A stretch of DNA of 64,000 nt from Methanomethylovorans hollandica DSM 15978 (GTDB lineage: Archaea > Halobacteriota > Methanosarcinia > Methanosarcinales > Methanosarcinaceae). Position numbers and translations under genes: made by a program. Positions 10,698 to 20,843 of the stretch are shown here, piece by piece. Under the pieces are notes generated by a model that was given only the letters and a program-made list of their open reading frames with translations, did no database searches and had not been told where the DNA came from. The stretch lies in assembly GCF_000328665.1 (NCBI RefSeq), contig NC_019977.1, forward strand, positions 992,001-1,056,000, given 5' to 3'. Positions within the stretch are counted from its first letter, which is position 1. The number at the start of each line of letters is the position of its first letter.

Positions 10698-12176
10698 ATG
10701 AGTAATATTCTACGCAGAGGGCGCTTGGCCAGCACGCCCGATGAGGACATAATGGAATTCACATCTTCGATGAATGCTGACAAATGGATATTTGATGCGG
10801 ACATAATGGTGGACTTTGCCCATACCATCATGTTAAAGGAACAGGGAATAATAAAGGACCAGGACTGTTCCAGCATTCTTAATGGCTTGCTACGCATAAG
10901 AGAAGAAGGTATAGAAAAACTGGATCATACCTACGAAGACATTCACATTGCTCTTGAATCAAGGCTCATTGATATGGTTGGCGAAGACGTGGGAGGCAGG
11001 ATGCACTCCGGCAGGTCCCGTAATGATGAGGTTGCGACATGCATCCGCCTGACCCTGCGTGAAGAGATGCTTGCCCTTATGGAAGAATTACATCTGCTGC
11101 GCTGTACTCTGTGTTCAGTCGCATCAGAAAATACTGAAACCCTTATGCCTGGTTTTACACACCTGCAGCACGCACAGCCTACTACTCTGGCCCATCATCT
11201 GATAGCACATATGGATGCTCTAGGCAGAGATGGCGAGCGTTTCCTGAGCGCTTACTCACGGGTGAACCTCTGTCCTCTGGGGGCCGCAGCATTTGCTTCC
11301 ACAGGCTTTAACATCAACAGGGAACTCACCAGTCAACTGCTGGGCTTTGACGGCCTTGTGGAGAATTCAATGGATGCTGTCAGCAGCAGGGATTTCCTTA
11401 TAGAATGTACTGCTGTCCTCACAAATCTAATGATCAATCTGAGCAAAATGGCAGAAGAGCTTGTTATCTGGTCTACTTCGGAGTTTGCGTTCATAGAACT
11501 GGATGACCGCTATGCATCCACCTCGTCTATCATGCCGCAAAAAAAGAACCCAGATACCGCAGAACTGCTGAGGGGAAAGAGCGGTGTGATAGTGGGTTCC
11601 TTGATGGCTCTTATTACTACATGCAAAGCTCTTCCCTTAAGCTATAACCGTGATCTGCAAGAAGCCACTCCTCACATGTGGAAGGCAATGCAGACCACTA
11701 GAAGTTCTGTACGCATGATGGAAGGCATGGTAAGGACAATGATGGTCAACAGGGAAATCATGGCTTCAAAGTCCACAATAGGCTTTACCACAGCCACCGA
11801 GCTTGCAGACACACTGGTAAGGGCAACAGGGATACCCTTCAGGACGGCTCATCAGATCGTAGGCGTACTTGCAAGAGGAGAAGGGGCCATCTGTCTGCAA
11901 CAGATAGACACTGTGGCTGATAAGGTTCTGGGAATTAAACTCAGCAGCAAAGGGCTTACAGAGGAGATGGTAAGTGAAGCTCTGGACCCGATCTCGAATA
12001 TAAAGAAACGGAATATCATAGGTGGTCCTGCGTTTGAGGAAATGGAAAAGACCATCATCAGAAGAAAAGAAACTTTGAAACATGCAAAGGAAGAGATAAG
12101 TGCATTAAGAAATGGATCCGAAACTTCCTTAAATAAGCTCATAGAACTTGTGAAACAGTATATCTCTAAAACATGA
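10698..12176 (+). CDS. argH: Argininosuccinate lyase
   Basis: HSGRSRND, PGFTHLQHAQP, SSIMPQKKNPD. Confidence 0.97.
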   Translation: MSNILRRGRLASTPDEDIMEFTSSMNADKWIFDADIMVDFAHTIMLKEQGIIKDQDCSSILNGLLRIREEGIEKLDHTYEDIHIALESRLIDMVGEDVGGRMHSGRSRNDEVATCIRLTLREEMLALMEELHLLRCTLCSVASENTETLMPGFTHLQHAQPTTLAHHLIAHMDALGRDGERFLSAYSRVNLCPLGAAAFASTGFNINRELTSQLLGFDGLVENSMDAVSSRDFLIECTAVLTNLMINLSKMAEELVIWSTSEFAFIELDDRYASTSSIMPQKKNPDTAELLRGKSGVIVGSLMALITTCKALPLSYNRDLQEATPHMWKAMQTTRSSVRMMEGMVRTMMVNREIMASKSTIGFTTATELADTLVRATGIPFRTAHQIVGVLARGEGAICLQQIDTVADKVLGIKLSSKGLTEEMVSEALDPISNIKKRNIIGGPAFEEMEKTIIRRKETLKHAKEEISALRNGSETSLNKLIELVKQYISKT

Positions 12177-12179
12177 TCA

Positions 12180-13460
12180 ATGCGATCAGCAGATGTGATC
12201 TTCATGGAATTCCAACAGGGTGACAGGATAAGTATAGAAAAGGACGGTGTAGAATACGAGGGCATGGTGATGCCAAGCAATACACACCATATTGTCCTCA
12301 AGATGTCAAATGGTTATAATGCAGGTATATCTGCGGAGAACGCAAAGATAACCGTACTTCAGAAAGCTTCGAATGTTCAGGATGCTCATGCTAATGATAC
12401 CTCTCAGCTAAACAAGACTACTAAGGGCAAACTGCCTAAGGTTTCCATTCTTTCTACAGGCGGTACAATTGCAAGCAAGATAGATTACAGGACAGGTGCG
12501 GTTACAGCGAGGTTTTCTGCAGATGATATCTTAAAAGCTATCCCAGAACTTACGGAAATTGCAGATTTTTCGGGGAGGGCCATCTATAATATACTTTCCG
12601 AGAACATGAGGGCCGAATACTGGGAGGAGCTTGCCAGGGCGGTAGCTGAAGAAATAAGAGATGGTGCAGATGGAATAATCATTGCACATGGTACTGACAC
12701 AATGATGTATACTGCCGCTGCACTAGCCTTTATGGTACGTACTCCAGTGCCGATCGTATTCGTGGGTTCACAGCGCAGTGCTGACCGGCCAAGCAGTGAC
12801 AATGCCACGAATGCGATATGTGCGGCTAAAGTTGCAGTAAGCGACATTGCCGAAGTGTGTGTGGTGATGCATGGCAGTGAATCGGATGATATATGCGATA
12901 TTCACAGGGCCACCAAGGTCAGAAAGATGCACACCTCCAGAAGAGATGCATTCAGGTCCATTAACTCCGAACCCATAGGTTTTGTCGACTATCTTACCGG
13001 GGACATACATACTCATCTGGAATATAATAATAGGAACTCACAGGAACTCGATCTTCTCGAAGGTTTCGAACCGAAATGTGCACTCATCAAGTTCACGCCT
13101 GGAGCAAGTCCTGATATAATATCATATTATCTTGATGCCGGATACAAAGGCATTGTAATAGAAGGTACTGGATTGGGACATGTATCGTCCGAATGGGTGC
13201 CTATGATAGCACGTGCCACTTCTATGAACGTGCCCGTGGTAATAACTTCCCAATGCCTGCACGGACGTATATGTGACCGTGTTTATGACACCGGCAGAGA
13301 TATGCTGAGAGCCGGGGCCATTGAAGGAGAGGATATGCTGCCTGAAGTAGCCCTCGTAAAGCTCATGTGGGCCCTGAAAAGGTCAGATGACCACGCTGCT
13401 GTGAAAAAACTGATGGTTCAGAACATTGCATTTGAGATCAATGAGAGAAGTCCGGAATAA
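12180..13460 (+). CDS. gatD: Glu-tRNA(Gln) amidotransferase subunit D (start may be ATG 12204)
   Basis: Asparaginase-like [25 protein letters not shown] plus N-terminal GatD domain ([10 protein letters not shown]). Confidence 0.95.
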   Translation: MRSADVIFMEFQQGDRISIEKDGVEYEGMVMPSNTHHIVLKMSNGYNAGISAENAKITVLQKASNVQDAHANDTSQLNKTTKGKLPKVSILSTGGTIASKIDYRTGAVTARFSADDILKAIPELTEIADFSGRAIYNILSENMRAEYWEELARAVAEEIRDGADGIIIAHGTDTMMYTAAALAFMVRTPVPIVFVGSQRSADRPSSDNATNAICAAKVAVSDIAEVCVVMHGSESDDICDIHRATKVRKMHTSRRDAFRSINSEPIGFVDYLTGDIHTHLEYNNRNSQELDLLEGFEPKCALIKFTPGASPDIISYYLDAGYKGIVIEGTGLGHVSSEWVPMIARATSMNVPVVITSQCLHGRICDRVYDTGRDMLRAGAIEGEDMLPEVALVKLMWALKRSDDHAAVKKLMVQNIAFEINERSPE

Positions 13461-13546
13461 AACATCGTTATATAAAAGTAATTACTTTTATACTGCAAGG
13501 ATCGTTATTGAGGAAAAAGATCACTACTCTTTATACAGGTGAATAT

Positions 13547-14875
13547 ATGTCGTTGAATTTAAGGACACATTATACGTCCCAGATAAACCCGCAAGCCATG
13601 AATGGTGCGGAAGTGACCCTGGCTGGCTGGGTGTACGAAGTAAGAGACCTTGGAGGCATTTGTTTTGTCGTGCTGCGTGACCGGGAAGGCCGTGCACAGG
13701 TGACCCTTGTCAAAAAGAGGACGGACCCTGAACTTCTTGAAACTGCAAGGAAGCTTATGAGAGAATCCGTCATTGCTGTCACTGCCACTGTCAAGGCTGA
13801 AGCAAAAGCACCGGGTGGATATGAGCTTATACCTAAGGAGATCACGTTGCTCAATGAAGCTGAGTCACCTTTGCCCATGGACACTACGGGAAAAGTGGAA
13901 GCAGAGCTGGACACTCGTCTTGATTCCAGGTTCATGGACCTGAGGAGAGATAGGACCACAGCTATTTTCAAAATACGCCATGAAACCTTGCGAGCTGTGA
14001 GGAACTACCTTAGCGACAATGGCTTCATCGATGTGACAAGCCCGAAGGTCGTGGCAACTGCCACAGAAGGTGGAACTTCTCTTTTCCCTATAACCTACTT
14101 TGACAGAGAGGCTTTCCTCAACCAGAGCCCACAGCTTTTCAAGCAGATCCTGATGTCAGGAGGACTTGACAGGGTCTTTGAGATCGGGCCCATATTCAGG
14201 GCCGAGGAACATGATACAAGAAAACATCTCAATGAAGCTACTTCTATCGATATAGAGGCAAGCTTCTGCGACCATTTCGATGTTATGGAAATACTCGAGA
14301 ACATGGTAGCCTATGTTTACTCCCGGATAAAGGAAAACGAAGCAAGGTCACTTGAAGTACTTGGCGTAGATCTGCAGGTTCCTGCAGTACCTTTCCCCAA
14401 GATAACCTATGATGAAGCACTTGAGATCGTGAACGCGCATGGTGAAGAATCACTGAAATGGGGAGACGATCTGAGCACCCTTTCTGAAAACACGATCGGA
14501 GCTCATGTGTTCAAAGAAATGGGGGTATCTCACTATTTCATCATCGACTGGCCCACAGAGATAAAGCCTTTCTATGCAATGCCATACGAAGACAAGCCAC
14601 AGTTAAGCAAGTCCTTCGATATGATGCACAGGACCATGGAGCTGTCATCCGGTGCCCAGCGTATACACATTCATGATATGCTTAAGAAAAGGATAGAGTC
14701 TCAAGGATTGGACCCAGAGGGTTTCGATTTCTATCTGAAGGCTTTCAGATATGGAATGCCCCCGCATGCAGGCTGGGGTGTCGGATGCGAACGTCTTGTA
14801 ATGACAATGCTGGGTGTTGAGAATATACGTGATGTGGTACTGTTCCCAAGGGACAGGCGAAGATTATCCCCATGA
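13547..14875 (+). CDS. aspS: Aspartyl-tRNA synthetase, archaeal type (likely non-discriminating)
   Basis: OB-fold GWV.EVRDLG, motif 2 FRAEEHDT, motif 3 [19 protein letters not shown] 5 nt before ATG 13547. Confidence 0.96.
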   Translation: MSLNLRTHYTSQINPQAMNGAEVTLAGWVYEVRDLGGICFVVLRDREGRAQVTLVKKRTDPELLETARKLMRESVIAVTATVKAEAKAPGGYELIPKEITLLNEAESPLPMDTTGKVEAELDTRLDSRFMDLRRDRTTAIFKIRHETLRAVRNYLSDNGFIDVTSPKVVATATEGGTSLFPITYFDREAFLNQSPQLFKQILMSGGLDRVFEIGPIFRAEEHDTRKHLNEATSIDIEASFCDHFDVMEILENMVAYVYSRIKENEARSLEVLGVDLQVPAVPFPKITYDEALEIVNAHGEESLKWGDDLSTLSENTIGAHVFKEMGVSHYFIIDWPTEIKPFYAMPYEDKPQLSKSFDMMHRTMELSSGAQRIHIHDMLKKRIESQGLDPEGFDFYLKAFRYGMPPHAGWGVGCERLVMTMLGVENIRDVVLFPRDRRRLSP

Positions 14876-14888
14876 GGTAAGTGATAAC

Positions 14889-15593
14889 ATGCAGGAAAGG
14901 AACGCAGCTTCTGGAAATACAGGTAAACAAGCAGCCGGAGAGGCTGCTGCCTGGATGGTAGATGATGGTAGTGTGATAGGTCTTGGTACCGGCTCTACCA
15001 CAGCTTATGCTATAAAGGCTATAGGCAGAAGGATCGATGAAGGACTGGACGTGCTGGCTGTGGTCACATCATACCAGTCTGAAATGCTGGCCATTGAAGC
15101 AGGCATACCCCTTACAACACTGGCCGAGCACCCTGAACTTGATATCGCCATCGATGGTGCCGATCAGGTTGATGCGGATCTGAATGTGATCAAAGGCGGA
15201 GGAGCTGCACACACAAGGGAAAAGGTTGTTGCATTCTCCTCGGAACAATTCGTGGTCGTGGTAGACGATTCGAAAATGAAAGAAAAGCTTGATCACTTCG
15301 TACCCATAGAAGTGTTGCCCTATGCAAAGGACCTGGTCATGAGATGCGTGCGTGAACTTGGCGGAGAACCACAGCTTCGCCTTGCATCCCGAAAAGATGG
15401 GCCTGTGATCACTGACAACGGGAATTTCGTAATAGATGCATCTTTTGGAGTTATCGAGAATGTGGAAGCTCTTGCCATTTCCCTGTCAATGTGTCCCGGA
15501 GTTGTGGAACACGGAATTTTCACCGATGTAACGGATATGGTACTCATCGGCAATACGGACGGATCTGTAACAAGGCTTGATACCCTTATCTAA
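14889..15593 (+). CDS. rpiA: Ribose-5-phosphate isomerase A
   Basis: [30 protein letters not shown]. Confidence 0.96.
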   Translation: MQERNAASGNTGKQAAGEAAAWMVDDGSVIGLGTGSTTAYAIKAIGRRIDEGLDVLAVVTSYQSEMLAIEAGIPLTTLAEHPELDIAIDGADQVDADLNVIKGGGAAHTREKVVAFSSEQFVVVVDDSKMKEKLDHFVPIEVLPYAKDLVMRCVRELGGEPQLRLASRKDGPVITDNGNFVIDASFGVIENVEALAISLSMCPGVVEHGIFTDVTDMVLIGNTDGSVTRLDTLI

Positions 15594-15598
15594 GGGTA

Positions 15599-16804
15599 TC
15601 ATCTATTCACGTCAAGCGGGCAGGCGCACATTTCTATAAGTGCTTCTTCTCCGATGTGCGACCCGCGGGCTATGAGCACATCTCCGGCATGTACCTGTGT
15701 GTTCTTTTTAGGACTGTACAGCCATTTTTCTCCCCTCTTTATAGCCATAACATAGACCCCGGTCTCGGTCTCAAGTTTAAGCTGGCCGAATGTTTTACCC
15801 ACGATGGGGGAGCAGCTTTCCACAGTAAGGCGTGTTATCACTTCATCGGATTGGCGTACAGCTATAGTTACTATGGGATGGAGTTCTATGCCCCTGAGCA
15901 CAATATCAGCTATAGCATATGCTGCATCGGAGATGGATTCAGAGGCATGCGCAAGGTGTAAAAGCCCGCGCAGCTGGTTGACATCGGAAACATGCTTGGC
16001 GGTCTGAAGCACCCAATGCTGCAGTTCGTGCTTCATGCAATCCATCTTATATTCTATGGCTTTGACCTCTTCGGCGATATCCTCATTATTGAAGAGCAAT
16101 GCAGAATATGCAAGACCCACAGACATTTCGGCCATATCCTTCATATCCACAATGATATCGACAGCTTTTTCCAGATCTTGCAACATTTTCTCATGTTTCA
16201 CTTCTTTTGGGGTGTACTTTTCATTTGTCACAAGTTCTGCAAAGATAGGCACGCCTTCATCGTGTCCTCTTGCAAACAGCACATCATCAGCTCTGATCCT
16301 TGTTTCATGATTTGGATTATAGATCCAGTCATTCTGCCTGCGGATGGCTATCAGCCACATGCCCGTCTCGGTATCGAGTTCAATGTCCCCCAAAGTGTGG
16401 CCTGCAACCTGGGATTCCGGATTGACCGTAGCTCTTACTATGGTCTCGGCGGCTTCTCTTAAAGCAAGCTTCAATTCCATTGGTATGCCCATTTCCATGA
16501 GCACTATCTTTGCAATATCTCCGGCAGCATCGGCGATCCCTTCTGAAGCCTGGGCAATCTGCAGCACGCCGGCCATCTCTTCGGCTTCTTCCACACGCCT
16601 TGTACTTAGCATGGCAGTGATCTTCATGTGATAGTAAAGAGTATCCATCTTGTCTTCAAGACGCACTACCTCTTCAGCAATGTCCTCATTGTCATAGATC
16701 ATTGCAGAATATGCCAGATCCACCATCAGTTCTGAGGTGTCTTTTATCTCAATGAGCATATCCTTCATGTTTCTTGGAGTATATCGTATCTCTTTCGGAC
16801 TCAT
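15599..16804 (-). CDS. PhoU/TrkA-C (RCK_C) tandem-repeat protein
   Basis: Two internal repeats (ELMVDLAYSA...; EMSVGLAYSA...), each followed by a TrkA-C domain (LxTETGMW/VYxxAI). Confidence 0.85.
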   Translation of the reverse strand: MSPKEIRYTPRNMKDMLIEIKDTSELMVDLAYSAMIYDNEDIAEEVVRLEDKMDTLYYHMKITAMLSTRRVEEAEEMAGVLQIAQASEGIADAAGDIAKIVLMEMGIPMELKLALREAAETIVRATVNPESQVAGHTLGDIELDTETGMWLIAIRRQNDWIYNPNHETRIRADDVLFARGHDEGVPIFAELVTNEKYTPKEVKHEKMLQDLEKAVDIIVDMKDMAEMSVGLAYSALLFNNEDIAEEVKAIEYKMDCMKHELQHWVLQTAKHVSDVNQLRGLLHLAHASESISDAAYAIADIVLRGIELHPIVTIAVRQSDEVITRLTVESCSPIVGKTFGQLKLETETGVYVMAIKRGEKWLYSPKKNTQVHAGDVLIARGSHIGEEALIEMCACPLDVNR

Positions 16805-16864
16805 AATCTTCTATCAGCTCTGATCAATTTTCATGTTAGAATATGTCTCTCGGGTTTATTAATA

Positions 16865-17422
16865 TTATAGCATGCCGAGCATGCGCAATGTAACAAATAT
16901 GCCTGCTACACCCATCAGGTCTCCCAGGGTCGCAATAATGGGGATAACTGTATCGTCGGGATCCAGTCCGAATCTGTGGGACATAAAGGATATCAGTACG
17001 GTCGTTAAGAACACAACTGTAAGCTCAATGCTTCCTGCGATCATGCATATTTTAAAAAGCACAAACAAACCTATTCCTATACCCAGTATGTGTCCTGTAA
17101 GCCAGACTATGAAACTTAAGACTGCGCTCGCTGTGAGACCCACTATCAGGGCTGCGAGCACACTGTTCCTCACGACGGGGTTCTTTGTGATCGGTCCGCC
17201 AAGACCCATGTGCAGGGCTGAGGATATCCTGGCACCCAGCATACTGCCTGTGTCTCCTCCTATCTTGATGAGCGAAGGGATCAGCAATAGGATTATGGGC
17301 ATGGAAACAAGCTGGTCAAGCCGGTAGTTCAGGATCTGTCCGGTGATAAGCCCGACGAACGAGGTAGCTACCAGGATCGGGAAACCTCTGCCTACGATGC
17401 CTCTTATTGTGTAATAGGTCAT
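16865..17422 (-). CDS. MgtE-type integral membrane domain protein
   Basis: GGDTGSMLGARISSALH and LDPDD...ATLGD motifs; ATGA overlap with the upstream paralog. Confidence 0.85.
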   Translation of the reverse strand: MTYYTIRGIVGRGFPILVATSFVGLITGQILNYRLDQLVSMPIILLLIPSLIKIGGDTGSMLGARISSALHMGLGGPITKNPVVRNSVLAALIVGLTASAVLSFIVWLTGHILGIGIGLFVLFKICMIAGSIELTVVFLTTVLISFMSHRFGLDPDDTVIPIIATLGDLMGVAGIFVTLRMLGML

Positions 17423-18039
17423 AGGAGGAGCACCACCTTCGCAGCCAGGAAAAGCATTAACATGGAAACGATGTCTCCAATGGTCGCAATGGCAGGCGTT
17501 ACCACATTATCCGGGTCGAAACCGAACCTGAACATTCCGATGGACAAAAAAACCGCTACTACTGACAGTATAATCCCTGAAGATAGCCCTGCCAGCACAG
17601 CTATGAACATGAGCGTCAGCGCACCGGCACTTTCAAGACCAAATGCAATGGTGACGAAATGTCCTAGCAGCCCCAGGATGGCGGAAATGATAAAACTCAG
17701 CAACAATGAACCTCCAATGTTGTTGGTAAGTTCAGGATTGTTCTCAATTTTGGTGATAAGACCCATGTGTATGGCGCTTCCCAGACGGGAGCCCAGAGTA
17801 CAGGAAATATTGCCGCGCATACCAAGCACTGCAGGTGCTATGACTATCAGCCCGGGAATGAGTTGCAACTCTTCTGTCATACCGGAAAGAATGATGCCAG
17901 CTATCACTCCTCCCATGGTTGCTATGATCTCAAAAGGCAAAGCTTCACGTACTATCGAGGATATGCTGGCATAGTCGCCAATGTATTCTTCGACTATCTC
18001 TATCTCATCCTCGTCTTCAGGACGTGTACGATGAAACAT
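17419..18039 (-). CDS. MgtE-type integral membrane domain protein
   Basis: RGNISCTLGSRLGSAIH and FDPDN...ATIGD motifs. Confidence 0.85.
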   Translation of the reverse strand: MFHRTRPEDEDEIEIVEEYIGDYASISSIVREALPFEIIATMGGVIAGIILSGMTEELQLIPGLIVIAPAVLGMRGNISCTLGSRLGSAIHMGLITKIENNPELTNNIGGSLLLSFIISAILGLLGHFVTIAFGLESAGALTLMFIAVLAGLSSGIILSVVAVFLSIGMFRFGFDPDNVVTPAIATIGDIVSMLMLFLAAKVVLLL

Positions 18040-18166
18040 AGTAGCTATATTTACATCTTTATATTAAAACACTGTTCCTAGTCAGATATCCCCAATCCAT
18101 CAAAAAAGGCTATATACCCCTAGTTACATTTAGGGTACCGCACAACACTACTTAGTTACAAAATAA

Positions 18167-18240
18167 GGGCCCGTGGTCTAGCCGGTTATGACATCGCCTT
18201 TACACGGCGGGGATCCTGAGTTCGAATCTCAGCGGGCCCA
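18167..18240 (+). tRNA. tRNA-Val (anticodon TAC), CCA not encoded
   Basis: Acceptor GGGCCCG/CGGGCCC+A, D-arm TGGTCTAGCCGGTTATGAC, anticodon arm TCGCC-TTTACAC-GGCGG, T-arm CTGAG-TTCGAAT-CTCAG. Confidence 0.97.
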
Positions 18241-18411
18241 CTTCTAAATTCTGTTTCTTTTGATGCTGATCTTTGTAATATACTAAGTATTCTTTTGTCA
18301 TCATTGAGGTATTGAGCAAAGCGAAATACCTCTATCCGCGCTCCCGAAGCGTCATCGGGGTTGCGTATCTCCTCGGGCCCACTTCTAAGTTCTGTTTCTT
18401 TTGATGCTGAT
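18233..18411 (+). repeat. 38-bp direct repeat (18233-18270 / 18374-18411) of the tRNA-Val 3' end plus downstream flank; att-like
   Basis: CGGGCCCACTTCTAA(A/G)TTCTGTTTCTTTTGATGCTGAT occurs twice with 1 mismatch, 141 bp apart. Confidence 0.9.
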
Positions 18412-18535
18412 TCTTGTAAGAGCTTGAGCTGCTTTTCTAAGGATTCAACTCTTGATTCAAGCGTGTTGTTGAACATCGGTTGTGTAACTATAAGTAGCCC
18501 GGTTCAGTAAAATGTGATAAATAAAGCAATAAATG

Positions 18536-18681
18536 GCTCTGTAGAACTCCTACCTTCTAATCAACTCAAGGACGCTAAGGCGCAAAGAATGGTATCCTTG
18601 CGTCTTGGCGGCTTTGCGTTTCTCTTTTAGATGAGTGGAATGTTGATTGGAGGCTTTGATCAAGTTGGTTTTCTGCAGAGC
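18536..18681. repeat. MITE/REP-like palindromic element, copy 1
   Basis: Ends GCTCTGTAGAA / TTCTGCAGAGC (10/11 inverted match); internal hairpin of ACGCAAAG-like 8-mers at about 18563-18620. Confidence 0.65.
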
Positions 18682-18696
18682 ATGTAATTCGTAAAT

Positions 18697-19400
18697 TTAT
18701 TTGACTTTCGAGAACAGATACTTATCGACCCATTGTGGTAAATGATTTTCATCTTTTATTTGAATTGTTCCATCGATATCTTTTTCTGCAATTAAGACTG
18801 CAGAATCATTCGAATTGTCAAATATATATGCTCTCCTGCATAGCTTTACGGCATCATATAATAAGTTGTTTGATTTTATGTACCTTGTTGTTATTTTGTG
18901 ATCAGGAACGTCATGTTGTCCCTTTTCAACACGTTCTTTCACTCGTCCTTGGTTAATGGCACTATCTGATGTGCTTATAAAATAAAGATATAGCTGCCAT
19001 CCTTTTTCTTTAGCCCGTTCCATGAATTCAATTTTAGATCCATGTGAAAATACTGTTTCAAATGAAAACAAGTTGATATCCAAGTCAATTATCTTATCCC
19101 GGATGAAATCTGCTGCCAATGAACCCAAATAGGGGTTGTTTAGATCGTTGATAAGACAATTGTTTTCAAATTTTATATGCTTAATATCAATTTTACTTAT
19201 TGGGAGCAGGGTCGAATCTAAAAGATGTTTTTTGAATTCAGTAATATTTGTTTGTATCCCAAACTTTCCAAAATCAATAATTTTTGTAATATTAAGTTTG
19301 TCAGGATCAATATGTAATTGTGTATTTATTAACCATGGGTCATCTTCAATGAATTGCTTGACCAGAGTAGATTTACCTGATCCATTCGGATCCGCTTCAT
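18697..19400 (-). pseudogene. Zeta-toxin-like/AAA_33 P-loop ATPase; natural ATG (19400) is out of frame with the body (alternative in-frame ATG at 19437)
   Basis: PNGSGKST, FSFETVFSH, RVKERVEKGQHDVP, IFDNS motifs; ATG 19400 overlaps the upstream stop (ATGA) but its frame closes after 23 codons. Confidence 0.65.
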
Positions 19401-19690
19401 AGTTTATACACAAGTTTTTTTGGGACAACAAATGCATTTTCGAGTGTTTTTATTACTTCGACCCTACCATCCGGGAATTTCCTGACAATAGCATTACCCT
19501 GTTGAATCGTAATAGCTCTGCCATTTTTGAGAGCATCATTTGCTGCATGAGTTGTTGCTTTTCGCGCTAGCTCTTCGATGTGTTTAGATTGCTCATCAGG
19601 TGACAATCCCATAGAGTTATTACATGCTGATTGTGTACCGATTTTTTCAGGAAAACTAGATCGAACATTGGATTTAGGTATTTTTGACAT
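19397..19690 (-). CDS. Small protein upstream of the zeta-like ATPase; putative antitoxin
   Basis: 97 aa, GAGGA RBS, A...AL..G..I...QG..IVR.FPDG..E pattern resembling small partners of this ATPase family; ATGA overlap. Confidence 0.6.
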   Translation of the reverse strand: MSKIPKSNVRSSFPEKIGTQSACNNSMGLSPDEQSKHIEELARKATTHAANDALKNGRAITIQQGNAIVRKFPDGRVEVIKTLENAFVVPKKLVYKL

Positions 19691-20109
19691 GTAATTTCCT
19701 CATTGCCTAGGTATAGTCCAGTATATTATTGTGTACATAAATAAGTTTGTCTTTATCGCATAATTGAGTTTCTCGATCGTATCCAATGGCAAAAATTGCT
19801 AAACAAATTGTTCATATATAGGACCTATATATTGAATATGATTTGAGCAACAGTAGACCATTTTAGTCCTATTTTTATTATGATCGCTTTGAAGGTGCAG
19901 CAATAGCTCCTCAAAAAGGAAAAGCATCAATGATCCTTCGATATTCATCCTTTGCTTGCTGCATTTTATTCAAATAATGCGCACTTCCAATGGTGGCAGG
20001 TGCGCTATTTGTAGATTATCTTAGAACTTACGCGTTTGAATCTCGTTTGCTTCAGCAATTAGTAATATGAACAAATGCAACCTACACTCTTAAGTTTTGG
20101 AAATATCAT

Positions 20110-20670
20110 CTACTTCCTTATCTTCAGATAATAATTTTTCTGCGTGGCAATTTCATCCAATAAAGAATGGAGTAGTTTGGATCTGTCTTTGATGTTCAAT
20201 CCATATGATCCGTTTTTTGCCCTGTGCAATGCTTCTTTTAATTCCCCGATCTCTAAAACAGTTGAGGCAATACAATAATAACTTTTTGAACGTCCTTCGT
20301 TAAATTCCTGTAACATTTCTTTTAGTAATCGTTCTCTGGCCTTTTGTGACTTTTCAAAATCATCCACTCCATTTTTTTGGATAAAGGCAATGTCATCTTC
20401 CAGTTTCTGATAGCACTTGAAGGAATCTCGCTTTTTCCCTGCATCCCTGTGCTTTTTCCACTTGGCACAGGTTGCGCTTTCTTTGCAGTCCCAGCAAAAC
20501 TCGATCCCTTTTTTCTTTATTGCACAGGTGATAAAAGGACAACCTACAATCATTCTGCCTTCGCTCTTACAACCTGAACACCTGCTTTCTGTGTTCATAT
20601 AATAGCTTGGACAAAGTCTGCAAGAAAGACCGCATACTCCGATTTCAGGGTATTTTATTTCCATAGCCAT
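20110..20670 (-). CDS. DUF3795-family Cys-rich protein (ends in TAG)
   Basis: CGLSCRLCP, CSGC, CPFITC, CWDC..C clusters. Confidence 0.75.
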   Translation of the reverse strand: MAMEIKYPEIGVCGLSCRLCPSYYMNTESRCSGCKSEGRMIVGCPFITCAIKKKGIEFCWDCKESATCAKWKKHRDAGKKRDSFKCYQKLEDDIAFIQKNGVDDFEKSQKARERLLKEMLQEFNEGRSKSYYCIASTVLEIGELKEALHRAKNGSYGLNIKDRSKLLHSLLDEIATQKNYYLKIRK

Positions 20671-20843
20671 TTATTTGTATATCATTTGCGTTTATTATTT
20701 TTGTTGTGGCAGTGATCATGCTTCATCAGAAAGACATATATGTGTTAATAGTTTTCTTAAAAATCAGCTGAAGGCTATATAGAATTATGTTCATTCAGAA
20801 TCAGGGACCATGATTGTATTATCTGGTAACATGGAGGTGTTTT

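Noticed and set aside
18300..18381. Second tRNA gene
   Set aside because: Only a decayed T-arm and acceptor 3' strand; no D or anticodon arm
18233..18411. CRISPR mini-array
   Set aside because: Only two copies, a 103-bp gap, sequence derived from the tRNA end, and no cas genes
19800..19975. Possible gene remnant upstream of the antitoxin
   Set aside because: Short stop-bounded frame with no recognisable similarity
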